Shown: positions 10,483-19,234 of the stretch, piece after piece
Numbering within the stretch: position 1 is the first letter of the stretch
Layout: the number at the start of each line of letters is the position of its first letter
Virus record (IMG/VR): IMGVR_UViG_2896595138_000003
From: a virus
Taxonomy: Duplodnaviria; Heunggongvirae; Uroviricota; Caudoviricetes
Length of the DNA stretch: 21,651 nucleotides
Strand: one strand, 5' to 3'
Notes under the pieces: generated by a model
What the model was told of the DNA's origin: nothing
Databases searched by the model: none
Seen by the model: the letters and a program-made list of their open reading frames with translations, nothing else
Program-made: the position numbers and the translations under genes

Positions 10483-11300
10483 TTAAGCAGCCATCTGATG
10501 ATATTTTTCCCTGAAGGCTGCCGGGGAGATATTCCCCAGACGAGAGTGACGACGCTGACGATTGTAGAAAATCTCAATGTATTCCCGTATTACTGAGATG
10601 GCTTCATCCCGGTTATTAAAACGATAGTGGCTCAGGCTCTCATTTTTCAGCGTTCCCCAGAAGCTTTCCATCGGAGCGTTGTCGTAACAGTTACCTTTAC
10701 ACGACATTGATGTTTTCAGACCAAACTGCTCCTGTATGACCGGTAATCGTATGCGCAGTACTGTGAACCTCGATCAGAGTGGTGGATTAGCCCGGCAGGT
10801 GGGCGCTGGCTCCTGAGCGCCATAAACAGGGCTTTACCTGTCAGCTCTTTTGTCATGCGCTCTCCCATGGCGTAGCCGACAATTTCGCACGTATAAACAT
10901 CTTTGATGCCAGCGAGGTACAACCATCCCTCCTGTGTGGCAACATACGTCAGGTCCGCCACCCAGACCTGATTTGGTGCTGTAGGAGCGAACGTCTGGTT
11001 CAGCAGATTTGGCGCAACTGGCAGATTGTGGTTCGGGTTCGTAGTCGCTCTGAACTTGCGTTTCTGCTTACAGCGTAGCCTTAGCTCCTTACGAAGACGT
11101 GCCAGTCGGTCACGACCAACGATGATGCCATTCTCTGCCAGCTCCGTCTGGAGCCGCCGGGTTCCATATGTTTCGCGAGTGCGGATATGTGCCACCTTAA
11201 TCTCCAGTTTTAGCCGCTCATCACTTTGTTTTCTGTCTGAGGGTTCATGCTGTACCCGGTTGTAATAACCGCTCCTGGATACACCAAATACCTGACACAT
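10483..11300 (-). pseudogene. IS600 OrfB transposase, frameshifted (1-bp deletion CCC to CC near 10740)
   Basis: Direct comparison with intact copies B and C: TGACCCGG there versus TGACCGG here. Confidence 0.8.
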
Positions 11301-11335
11301 CGCTTCAATGGGAAATTGTTGTCGCCATTGTTCGA

Positions 11336-11638
11336 TTAACGCGTATTTTTCAGCGACTCCTGTGCAAAATACGCTGTTGCTTTTTTTAATATATCTCGCT
11401 CAAGGCGAGCTTCATTTAACGCCTTACGCAGTTGCAGAATTTCAGATTCCAGTTCAGCCACCGTGCGGGAACCAGGAGTACCGAGCCCTTTTCTGGCGGC
11501 GGTAACCCATTGTCCTAAAGTGCCTTCAGGAAGGGATAATCGGGAAGCGCCTTCACTGATCGAAAGTTGATTTTCAAGAACCGTTCTGACAGCTTCGGCT
11601 TTGAACTCTTTAGAGTAACGTTGGGTTTTTCTGCTCAT
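11336..11638 (-). CDS. IS600 OrfA (IS3-family helix-turn-helix protein), 100 aa
   Basis: MSRKTQRYSKEFKAEAVRTV...; identical in copies A and C, one substitution in copy B. Confidence 0.85.
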   Translation of the reverse strand: MSRKTQRYSKEFKAEAVRTVLENQLSISEGASRLSLPEGTLGQWVTAARKGLGTPGSRTVAELESEILQLRKALNEARLERDILKKATAYFAQESLKNTR

Positions 11639-11858
11639 TATTAGCTCCTTCTGATGCCATTCTATTTCAGGAAGGAGTGTCCGTTAAACTCAGGCTACCT
11701 CAGGTCTTCCGACGATTCTGTCATTGTTCATTAAGCAAAAGTTTCCATGCTGTTTGTGCTTATTCTAAGCAACCGGGCAGCATCATACGGGGCAATTATG
11801 GCCGCATTACCATACATGCAACTGTACATAGCTGATTACCTGGCTGACACTGAAGTGG

Positions 11859-12453
<595 letters not shown>

Positions 12454-12479
12454 AGGATAATGCGCTCTGAGTTTCCCGA

Positions 12480-12782
<303 letters not shown>

Positions 12783-12855
12783 TGGAGCACCTGTGTTGTT
12801 CTGAGGTGAGCATATCACCTCTGTTCAGGTGGCCAAATTCAGTGTGCCACTTCAT

Positions 12856-12897
12856 TCAAAATAAGAGAAGATAAGCGTAAGGCTGCGAGAGGTGAAT
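12856..12897 (+). pseudogene. Holin 3' remnant (last 14 codons, [14 protein letters not shown]), rest of the gene removed at the IS911 boundary
   Basis: In-frame C-terminal peptide resembling S21-type (class II) holins ends at a TAA overlapping the endolysin start region. Confidence 0.5.
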
Positions 12898-12898
12898 A

Positions 12899-13336
12899 AT
12901 GTCGCCATCATTACGCAAGGCTGTTGCAGTTGCTATTGGTGGCGGGGCTGTAGCTATAGCATCTGTGTTAATCACTGGCCCAGGTAGTAACGATGGTCTG
13001 GAAGGTGTCAGCTACATACCATACAAAGATATCATTGGTGTATGGACTGTATGTCACGGACACACCGGAAAAGACATCATGCCTGGTAAAACGTATACCG
13101 AAGCAGAATACAAAGCTCTCCTGAATAAAGACCTTGCCACTGTCGCCAGACAAATTAACCCGTACATCAAAGTCGATATACCGGAAACAACGCGCGGCGC
13201 TCTTTACTCGTTCGTTTACAACGTGGGCGCTGGCAATTTCAGAACATCGACGCTTCTTCGCAAAATAAACCAGGGCGATATCAAAGGCGCATGTGACCAG
13301 CTACGTCGCTGGACATATGCTGGCGGTAAGCAATAG
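12899..13336 (+). CDS. R: SAR endolysin / phage lysozyme R (GH24) ending at a premature TAG; the ancestral frame continues 19 codons to the TGA overlapping the Rz start
   Basis: N-terminal signal-anchor-release segment ([20 protein letters not shown]); the codon after the TAG reads [19 protein letters not shown] in frame, consistent with a W-to-amber change. Confidence 0.85.
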   Translation: MSPSLRKAVAVAIGGGAVAIASVLITGPGSNDGLEGVSYIPYKDIIGVWTVCHGHTGKDIMPGKTYTEAEYKALLNKDLATVARQINPYIKVDIPETTRGALYSFVYNVGAGNFRTSTLLRKINQGDIKGACDQLRRWTYAGGKQ

Positions 13337-13392
13337 AAAGGGCTGATGACCCGTCGTGAGATTGAGCGTGAAGTCTGTTTGTGGGGGCAGCA

Positions 13393-13890
13393 ATGAGCAG
13401 AGTCACCGCGATTATCTCCGCTCTGGTTATCTGCATCATCGTCTGCCTGTCATGGGCTGTTAATCATTACCGTGATAACACCATTACCTACAAAGAGCAG
13501 CGCGACAAAAACGCAAGAGAACTGAAGCTGGCGAACGCAACCATTACTGACATGCAGCAGCGCCAGCGTGCTGCTGATGCCCTCGATGCTAAATACACGA
13601 AGGAGTTAGCCAATGCGAAAGCTGAAAATGATGCTCTTCGGCGCAAGCTTGATAATGGTGGTCGGGTGCTCGTCAAAGGAAAATGCCCTGTGCCATCCTC
13701 AGCCGAAACCTCCAGCGCCTCCGGCATGGGCAATGATGCCACCGTCGAACTCTCTCCAGTTGCTGGACGAAACGTTCTCGGTATCCGGGACGGAATCATC
13801 AGCGACCAGACAGCATTGAGAATGCTTCAGGAGTACATCAGGATCCAATGCCTTGGGGGTGCCCCTATTAAGTTGTCAAGCATGTTATGA
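13393..13890 (+). CDS. Rz: Rz inner-membrane spanin; last 8 codons and the stop are supplied by the IS110 copy 2 end
   Basis: [29 protein letters not shown]...; ATGA overlap with the endolysin frame; ORF track start 13381 is an upstream alternative start. Confidence 0.8.
   Translation: MSRVTAIISALVICIIVCLSWAVNHYRDNTITYKEQRDKNARELKLANATITDMQQRQRAADALDAKYTKELANAKAENDALRRKLDNGGRVLVKGKCPVPSSAETSSASGMGNDATVELSPVAGRNVLGIRDGIISDQTALRMLQEYIRIQCLGGAPIKLSSML
13613..13819 (+). CDS. Rz1: Rz1 outer-membrane lipoprotein spanin, embedded in the +1 frame of Rz, 68 aa
   Basis: Lipobox (LIMVVGC) followed by a Pro-rich segment ([16 protein letters not shown]), fully inside Rz. Confidence 0.8.
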   Translation: MRKLKMMLFGASLIMVVGCSSKENALCHPQPKPPAPPAWAMMPPSNSLQLLDETFSVSGTESSATRQH

Positions 13891-15081
13891 CCCCTGCGGG
13901 GTATAAAAAGTCCCGTCGCGCATCATGGCGAACAGAACGTCGCAGCGTCGTCTCGCCAGGGCGATAAGCGCCTGATTGTGTCGTTTTCCCTGACTCATTT
14001 TGCGGGTGTAGTAAGCCCTGGAGAGCGGATCCCTGAGCGCGGCGAAGGCCGACAGGAACAACGCCCGTTTGAGAGCTTTATTACCCCGTCGCGAGGGATG
14101 CTCACCGCGTATTGACGAGCCGGATCGCCGAGTTACCGGCGCAAGGCCAGCATAAGCAGCGAGATGTGCGGCAGAGACGAAGGCGCGGCAGGCGACCTCG
14201 GTGAGGAGTCTGGCTGCGGTCCTGACACCGACTCCGGGCATACTGGTCAGGACCGGGTAAAGAGGGTGAGCAAGAACTCGCTGTTCTACCTCAAGCGCCA
14301 CCTCGTCTCTTTGCTTACGCAGCGTGATGAGCTGGAGTGCCAGACGTGGCAGTACTACGGCAGCGGCATTCGTGCCGGGAACGACGACGGTTTGTTCGGC
14401 CAGTGCCTGAGCTATGTCTGCTGCAAGGCGTTTACCCAGACGAGGCGCAAGTTTGCAGAGCTGGGCTGCCAGCTTCTTCTCACCCAGCGAAGCGAGTTTT
14501 TCTGGTGAGGGATATCGCTGGAGAAGATCGAGTACCGCCGGGTACTCAAGTCTCGGACCGAGAACGCGCTCCAGTGCCGGATGTATCTGGGTCAGAAGGC
14601 CGCGGATACGGTTGCTGGCCTGCGTTGTCTGTGCGGCAAGATCATCATCGAAGCCGCAGAGCATGGAGAGTTCGGCGATTTGCTCGTCAGCCAGTTTCAG
14701 CGTGCGTAGCGCGTGAGGCAGGGTACGGGCAGCTTCGGCAATGATGGCAGCGTCACGAGCATCAGTTTTAGCTTCACCGGCGTGTAAGTCGGCTATGCGG
14801 CGCATGGCCAGTCCAGGGAGGTATCCGACAAGGACTCCTTCTGAGCGGGCAACGGCGACAGGTAACGCACCGATGGTAGCTGGCTGATCAACAACCAGCA
14901 GTATCTGACCATGTTGTTTCAGGTCAGATATTAGCGACCTGAGTTTGTTTTCGTCGTTGGGTAATGCTTTATCGAACAGGCGTTTACCTGAACGATTAAT
15001 GGCAACAGCGTGATGCGTATCTTTACCGACATCAACGCCGATAAAGACCTAGACGGATTCGTAATCGCTGGATTCGGTCAT
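13885..15081 (-). pseudogene. IS110-family transposase, copy 2, with a TAG at codon 11 (CAG in copy 1)
   Basis: Direct comparison: GTCCAGGTC in copy 1 versus GTCTAGGTC in copy 2 (15049-15051 on the plus strand); otherwise one L-to-I substitution. Confidence 0.8.
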
Positions 15082-15311
15082 TCTGTCTCCCTTGTATATG
15101 GGTTAACCAGATAACCACGGGGAGCAGGTACCGGCATCCACGTTACAGACGGTCCCGGCAAAAGTGCCTGACCTGACCCCTATTAGCGGTTACCAGCGCC
15201 CCACCAGACCCGGTGACATCCCCCCCGGATCATGGACGACTGGGGGCAGTAATCATGCCGGGTCTGGCTGGCTAACACCCCATTATAAGGGGTACGAATA
15301 AAGTAACGGGG
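15082..15311 (-). ncRNA. Candidate IS110-type bridge (guide) RNA leader, copy 2
   Basis: Same leader as 3845-4073 but differs at three homopolymer runs (C4 vs C3, C5 vs C4, C7 vs C8). Confidence 0.3.
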
Positions 15312-15399
15312 CGGTAATTTTACTCATTATCCTTCAAATCAGATTCTGTTGTCAGAGGAATGGGGGAAGCTGGATTCGCAAGAGCTTTTTATGGGCAGT

Positions 15400-15909
15400 T
15401 TAGCTAAAAAAAGGCAACACGAAGCTAAAACTACCAACATAAAGTGCTGACCAGCTAGCAGCTGAAATCAGACTCACTGTATACACTTTCACTGGATGAA
15501 GTTGCAACATTCCTGCCACCAAAGGAGCAATATAACGCAGCACGGCGATAAAGCGCGAAGTGAAAAGTATTGACACAGAGTTATTTTGCAACTGAAGGCG
15601 AACCCGTTCTATTGTATTGGAACGACTCGATATTATACATGCAAGTTGAGGGATATGCCCAATTATTATACCAAGATGGTAATTAACGATAGTACCGCAC
15701 CATGCGCCACTCATGACCGTGATTCCAGCTTCCCATGGTGAAAGAGTCGTCTTGCTGACTGTAATTATAGTGGCCATCATAATTGATGCTGGTGGCAATA
15801 TCGCCGAAATGAGTAAAGTGGATTTTGTGAACGCTATTATAAAAAGAAGCCCCCATAGGCGATATGGATGAAGTACAAAATAGTTCATCAAAGCATTTAT
15901 CCACTCCAT
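15400..15909 (-). CDS. DedA/YqaA-like (SNARE-associated family) inner-membrane protein, about 169 aa
   Basis: Hydrophobic protein with DedA-like segments (LISAILPPASIMMATI..., NYHLGIIIG); likely ATG at 15909 preceded by AGGAAAG; the ORF track starts one codon earlier on TTG. Confidence 0.5.
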   Translation of the reverse strand: MEWINALMNYFVLHPYRLWGLLFIIAFTKSTLLISAILPPASIMMATIITVSKTTLSPWEAGITVMSGAWCGTIVNYHLGIIIGHIPQLACIISSRSNTIERVRLQLQNNSVSILFTSRFIAVLRYIAPLVAGMLQLHPVKVYTVSLISAASWSALYVGSFSFVLPFFS

Positions 15910-16008
15910 CAATGTCTTTCCTTCTGTGAATTTTTCTTTGCTATTTAACCGTGATACGACTTAATTTAGGCTTAAACACCTTACATTTACAAGGTACTCC
16001 TGTGGGGG

Positions 16009-16029
16009 CCTGCCACGGAGCGTGGCAGG
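16009..16029. other. Perfect 9-bp stem-loop CCTGCCACG-GAG-CGTGGCAGG, with an overlapping alternative pairing ACTCCTG/CAGGAGT
   Basis: Read directly from sequence; sits about 100 bp upstream of the DedA-like gene start; no U-tract, so not a canonical terminator. Confidence 0.3.
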
Positions 16030-16115
16030 AGTGAGTGATGAGGAAGAATTAAAGCAACCTATTGTGACAGGCAGCGATAACAGTAAATCACAGGAAGCAT
16101 AATCATGGCAAAACC

Positions 16116-16145
16116 GTAAGCGCCCCGAGAAGTACGTAGCGTAAG
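16116..16145 (+). repeat. Orphan 30-bp IS66-family terminal fragment, duplicate of 9391-9419, abutting the IS600 copy B left end
   Basis: GTAAGCGCCCCGAGAAGTACGTAGCGTAAG; identical to the copy at 9391-9419 except C4 versus C3. Confidence 0.6.
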
Positions 16146-16209
16146 TGAGGTAGCCTGAGTTTAACGGACACTCCTTCCTGAAATAGAATGGCATCAGAAG
16201 GAGCTAATA

Positions 16210-16512
16210 ATGAGCAGAAAAACCCAACGTTACTCTAAAGAGTTCAAAGCCGAAGCTGTCAGAACGGTTCCTGAAAATCAACTTTCGATCAGTGAAGGCG
16301 CTTCCCGATTATCCCTTCCTGAAGGCACTTTAGGACAATGGGTTACCGCCGCCAGAAAAGGGCTCGGTACTCCTGGTTCCCGCACGGTGGCTGAACTGGA
16401 ATCTGAAATTCTGCAACTGCGTAAGGCGTTAAATGAAGCTCGCCTTGAGCGAGATATATTAAAAAAAGCAACAGCGTATTTTGCACAGGAGTCGCTGAAA
16501 AATACGCGTTAA
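16210..16512 (+). CDS. IS600 OrfA, 100 aa
   Basis: One substitution relative to copies A and C (TVPENQ versus TVLENQ). Confidence 0.9.
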   Translation: MSRKTQRYSKEFKAEAVRTVPENQLSISEGASRLSLPEGTLGQWVTAARKGLGTPGSRTVAELESEILQLRKALNEARLERDILKKATAYFAQESLKNTR

Positions 16513-16547
16513 TCGAACAATGGCGACAACAATTTCCCATTGAAGCG

Positions 16548-17366
16548 ATGTGTCAGGTATTTGGTGTATCCAGGAGCGGTTATTACAACTGGGTACAGCA
16601 TGAACCCTCAGACAGAAAACAAAGTGATGAGCGGCTAAAACTGGAGATTAAGGTGGCACATATCCGCACTCGCGAAACATATGGAACCCGGCGGCTCCAG
16701 ACGGAGCTGGCAGAGAATGGCATCATCGTTGGTCGTGACCGACTGGCACGTCTTCGTAAGGAGCTAAGGCTACGCTGTAAGCAGAAACGCAAGTTCAGAG
16801 CGACTACGAACCCGAACCACAATCTGCCAGTTGCGCCAAATCTGCTGAACCAGACGTTCGCTCCTACAGCACCAAATCAGGTCTGGGTGGCGGACCTGAC
16901 GTATGTTGCCACACAGGAGGGATGGTTGTACCTCGCTGGCATCAAAGATGTTTATACGTGCGAAATTGTCGGCTACGCCATGGGAGCGCGCATGACAAAA
17001 GAGCTGACAGGTAAAGCCCTGTTTATGGCGCTCAGGAGCCAGCGCCCACCTGCCGGGCTAATCCACCACTCTGATCGAGGTTCACAGTACTGCGCATACG
17101 ATTACCGGGTCATACAGGAGCAGTTTGGTCTGAAAACATCAATGTCGCGTAAAGGTAACTGTTACGACAACGCTCCGATGGAAAGCTTCTGGGGAACGCT
17201 GAAAAATGAGAGCCTGAGCCACTATCGTTTTAATAACCGGGATGAAGCCATCTCAGTAATACGGGAATACATTGAGATTTTCTACAATCGTCAGCGTCGT
17301 CACTCTCGTCTGGGGAATATCTCCCCGGCAGCCTTCAGGGAAAAATATCATCAGATGGCTGCTTAA
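16548..17366 (+). CDS. IS600 OrfB transposase (DDE), 272 aa
   Basis: Intact ORF; IS3-family DDE transposase, normally expressed as an OrfAB fusion by -1 frameshifting. Confidence 0.9.
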   Translation: MCQVFGVSRSGYYNWVQHEPSDRKQSDERLKLEIKVAHIRTRETYGTRRLQTELAENGIIVGRDRLARLRKELRLRCKQKRKFRATTNPNHNLPVAPNLLNQTFAPTAPNQVWVADLTYVATQEGWLYLAGIKDVYTCEIVGYAMGARMTKELTGKALFMALRSQRPPAGLIHHSDRGSQYCAYDYRVIQEQFGLKTSMSRKGNCYDNAPMESFWGTLKNESLSHYRFNNRDEAISVIREYIEIFYNRQRRHSRLGNISPAAFREKYHQMAA

Positions 17367-17545
17367 AAAAAGAACAAATGGTAGTGTCCGCTATTGCCAG
17401 TACACCTCAGTGGTGAAATAAAACCGGGCACAACACGAAGGCGCATTTCCGGTATCCATAAAGAGTCGGTCTTGTCTGTTAAATTTAAATGGTGGGAGTG
17501 CGCCTCCGGTTGTAAATAACGACATTGCTGTGTGAAGTACCAGTT

Positions 17546-17587
17546 GGCGGCATCGGTTTAATTGCTGGCTGATGTCCGCCCTTTTTA
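17546..17587 (+). terminator. Candidate intrinsic terminator: 9-bp stem (GGCGGCATC / GATGTCCGCC with one bulge), 16-nt loop, then CTTTTT
   Basis: Read from sequence; the loop is longer than typical, so moderate at best. Confidence 0.35.
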
Positions 17588-17730
17588 AAGTGAATTTTGT
17601 GATGCGGTGAATGCGGCTCAGCGCACGCGGAACAGTTAAAACAGTAAGGAAAATCCCTTATTCCGGCGTTAATTGTTAACTGGTTAACGTCACCTGAAGG
17701 CACCAGGCACCGCATCAACAAAGTTCACTT
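17587..17730. promoter_or_regulatory. Pair of about 22-bp imperfect inverted repeats (AAGTGAATTTTGTGATGCGGTG ... CACCGCATCAACAAAGTTCACTT) separated by about 100 bp, upstream of the Rha operon
   Basis: 20 of 22 positions complementary with one indel; the interval also contains two GTTAAC palindromes. Confidence 0.4.
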
Positions 17731-17752
17731 CGGTGATGAAAGGAAAGAGAAA

Positions 17753-18397
17753 ATGTTGAATGTAGCTATTGAAAACCAGAACGGGTGGAATTATAGTGCA
17801 CCTGCACCTCATAAAACGGGTGCCGGGATTGCTACCCCGAAGTCATTCACGGCGCATAACCGCGCTCAGGCGGTTTTTTTATACGTAATGCACAGCCACA
17901 TTCAAATTATGGTGGGGCGTGCGGGGCAGTCGCAAGACTGGCCGGGTTCCGTGATGACCGGTTGTAGCAACCCTGTACGTCTCACCACCCATGAGATTGC
18001 TACCTCCGGTGGTGAGTTAATCAAATTCATCGCGGAGGCTGCCATCATGGCTACTACCCTTTCTCACCCTTGTGTAACCGTAGAAAACGGTCGCGCTGTC
18101 ACTACGTCTGTTGCGGTTGCAGAGTTCTTCCACAAACGACACGACAATGTGTTACGTGCCATCGCAAATATTGAATGCTCAGATAAATTTACTGCCCTCA
18201 ATTTTGAGGCGAGCGAATACACCGACTCAACCGGGCGCAAACTCCCAATGTACCAAATCACCAAAAACGGCTTCGTTTTCCTGGTTATGGGATTCACTGG
18301 CAAAAAAGCCGCTGCATTCAAAGAAGCCTACATTGCTGAGTTCGACCGCATGGAGGCCGAACTGCGCCAGAATAACCCCCACCTGCTGACAAGATGA
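17753..18397 (+). CDS. Rha-family phage regulatory protein (pRha domain in the C-terminal half); alternative start at ATG 18047 with a GGAGG site would give a 116-aa Rha-only protein
   Basis: Motif KRHDNVLRAIANI...GRKLPMYQITKNGFVFLVMGFTGKKAAAFKEAYIAEFDRME is typical of the pRha domain; the N-terminal 98 codons have no recognised similarity. Confidence 0.7.
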   Translation: MLNVAIENQNGWNYSAPAPHKTGAGIATPKSFTAHNRAQAVFLYVMHSHIQIMVGRAGQSQDWPGSVMTGCSNPVRLTTHEIATSGGELIKFIAEAAIMATTLSHPCVTVENGRAVTTSVAVAEFFHKRHDNVLRAIANIECSDKFTALNFEASEYTDSTGRKLPMYQITKNGFVFLVMGFTGKKAAAFKEAYIAEFDRMEAELRQNNPHLLTR

Positions 18398-18597
18398 TTC
18401 CGGGTGATGGTCGCACTCTGGTTGTTCACTTCGACAAATTCGGCAATGTCGAATTCACCGAAACCGTTCCTGATGGCGCACTGGTCTGTACCCTGGAGAC
18501 TTTCCGGTTTTATCTGGAAAAACAGGGATGGACTCTTGTTAACCGGGGCGCAATTAAAAATATGACTGTGGAACAATTACTCAAAATTCATTGTTGA
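18394..18597 (+). CDS. Hypothetical small protein, 67 aa, translationally coupled to Rha (ATGA overlap)
   Basis: ORF with start overlapping the Rha stop; no recognised family. Confidence 0.5.
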   Translation: MIPGDGRTLVVHFDKFGNVEFTETVPDGALVCTLETFRFYLEKQGWTLVNRGAIKNMTVEQLLKIHC

Positions 18598-18607
18598 GGA
18601 CGCAATA

Positions 18608-18796
18608 ATGGAGACGTTATTACCAAACGTTAATACGTCTGAAGGTTGTTTTGAAATTGGTGTCACTATCAGTAACCCTGTATTTACTGAAGATGCCATT
18701 AACAAGAGAAAACACGAACGGGAGCTATTAAATAAAATATGCATTGTTTCAATGCTGGCTCGTTTACGTCTGATGCCAAAAGGATGTGCACAATGA
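18608..18796 (+). CDS. Hypothetical small protein, 62 aa
   Basis: GAGGA ribosome-binding site 8 nt upstream; its stop overlaps the next start (ATGA). Confidence 0.45.
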   Translation: METLLPNVNTSEGCFEIGVTISNPVFTEDAINKRKHERELLNKICIVSMLARLRLMPKGCAQ

Positions 18797-18984
18797 ATAC
18801 AGTATTTGCACTCGTTCTGACGGTTTTTCTTGTTTCCGGTGAACCGGTTGACATGGTTACTGGCGTATACAGCTCAATGAAAGAATGTATGACTGCCGCA
18901 GCGAAACAGAAAATTCCCGGTGACTGTTATCCGGTCGATAAAGTTATTCACCATGATAATAACGAAATCCCGGCAGGTCTTTAA
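18793..18984 (+). CDS. Small exported or membrane-anchored protein, 63 aa (N-terminal hydrophobic segment, two Cys)
   Basis: MNTVFALVLTVFLVSGEP... signal-peptide-like N-terminus; AAGGA ribosome-binding site; the ORF track extends further upstream to 18739. Confidence 0.5.
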   Translation: MNTVFALVLTVFLVSGEPVDMVTGVYSSMKECMTAAAKQKIPGDCYPVDKVIHHDNNEIPAGL

Positions 18985-19067
18985 AACAGTTCCGTAATAA
19001 ATATCCGGTTTCATTCTTATATGCCAGCAATGGCAGGGGTTCGCTCAACCTTAATTAAGGAGAAAAA

Positions 19068-19194
19068 CATGATTACCAGTTATGAAGCCACTGTTGTAAC
19101 TACTGATGACATTGTTCACGAGGTTAATCTGGAAGGAAAGCGTATTGGCTACGTGATTAAGACAGAAAATAAAGAAACCCCATTCACTGTGTGA
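19068..19194 (+). CDS. Small ORF (41 aa) whose stop codon is formed by the first bases of IS600 copy C; probably 3'-truncated
   Basis: AAGGAGAAAAAC then ATG; the TGA at 19192-19194 is the IS600 terminus TGAGG. Confidence 0.3.
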
Positions 19195-19234
19195 GGTGTA
19201 CTGGCAATAGCGGACACTACCATTTGTTCTTTTT

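Larger units (their letters stand above)
10440..11702 (-). mobile_element. IS600 (IS3 family) copy A, 1263 bp
   Basis: Near-identical to copies B and C (1264 bp each); ends TGAGGTAGCC... and ...TGAGGTGTACTGG (reverse complement); different flanking trinucleotides, so no target-site duplication. Confidence 0.85.
13861..15311 (-). mobile_element. IS110-family insertion sequence, copy 2 (about 1451 bp), inserted at the 3' end of Rz
   Basis: Near-identical to copy 1 apart from a few substitutions and three homopolymer-length differences in the leader. Confidence 0.85.
16146..17409 (+). mobile_element. IS600 (IS3 family) copy B, 1264 bp
   Basis: Ends defined by three-way comparison of copies; flanking trinucleotides AAG and GTG differ, so no target-site duplication. 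Confidence 0.9.

Noticed and set aside
9981-10577. 198-aa ORF beginning MRFSTIVSVVTLVWG (also ORF 19051..19329 with the same N-terminus)
   Set aside because: The first 45 or so codons are read antisense through the IS600 right end and fused by chance to flanking sequence; only the IS66 tnpC-derived part is real coding sequence.
11026-11505. 79-aa and 65-aa ORFs antisense to IS600 OrfB and OrfA (repeated at 16343-16822 and 19779-20258)
   Set aside because: Antisense shadow ORFs of the IS600 genes, present identically in each copy.
15961-16194. 77-aa minus-strand ORF spanning the IS66 terminal fragment and the IS600 copy B boundary
   Set aside because: It crosses two mobile-element junctions and has no ribosome-binding site; chance ORF.
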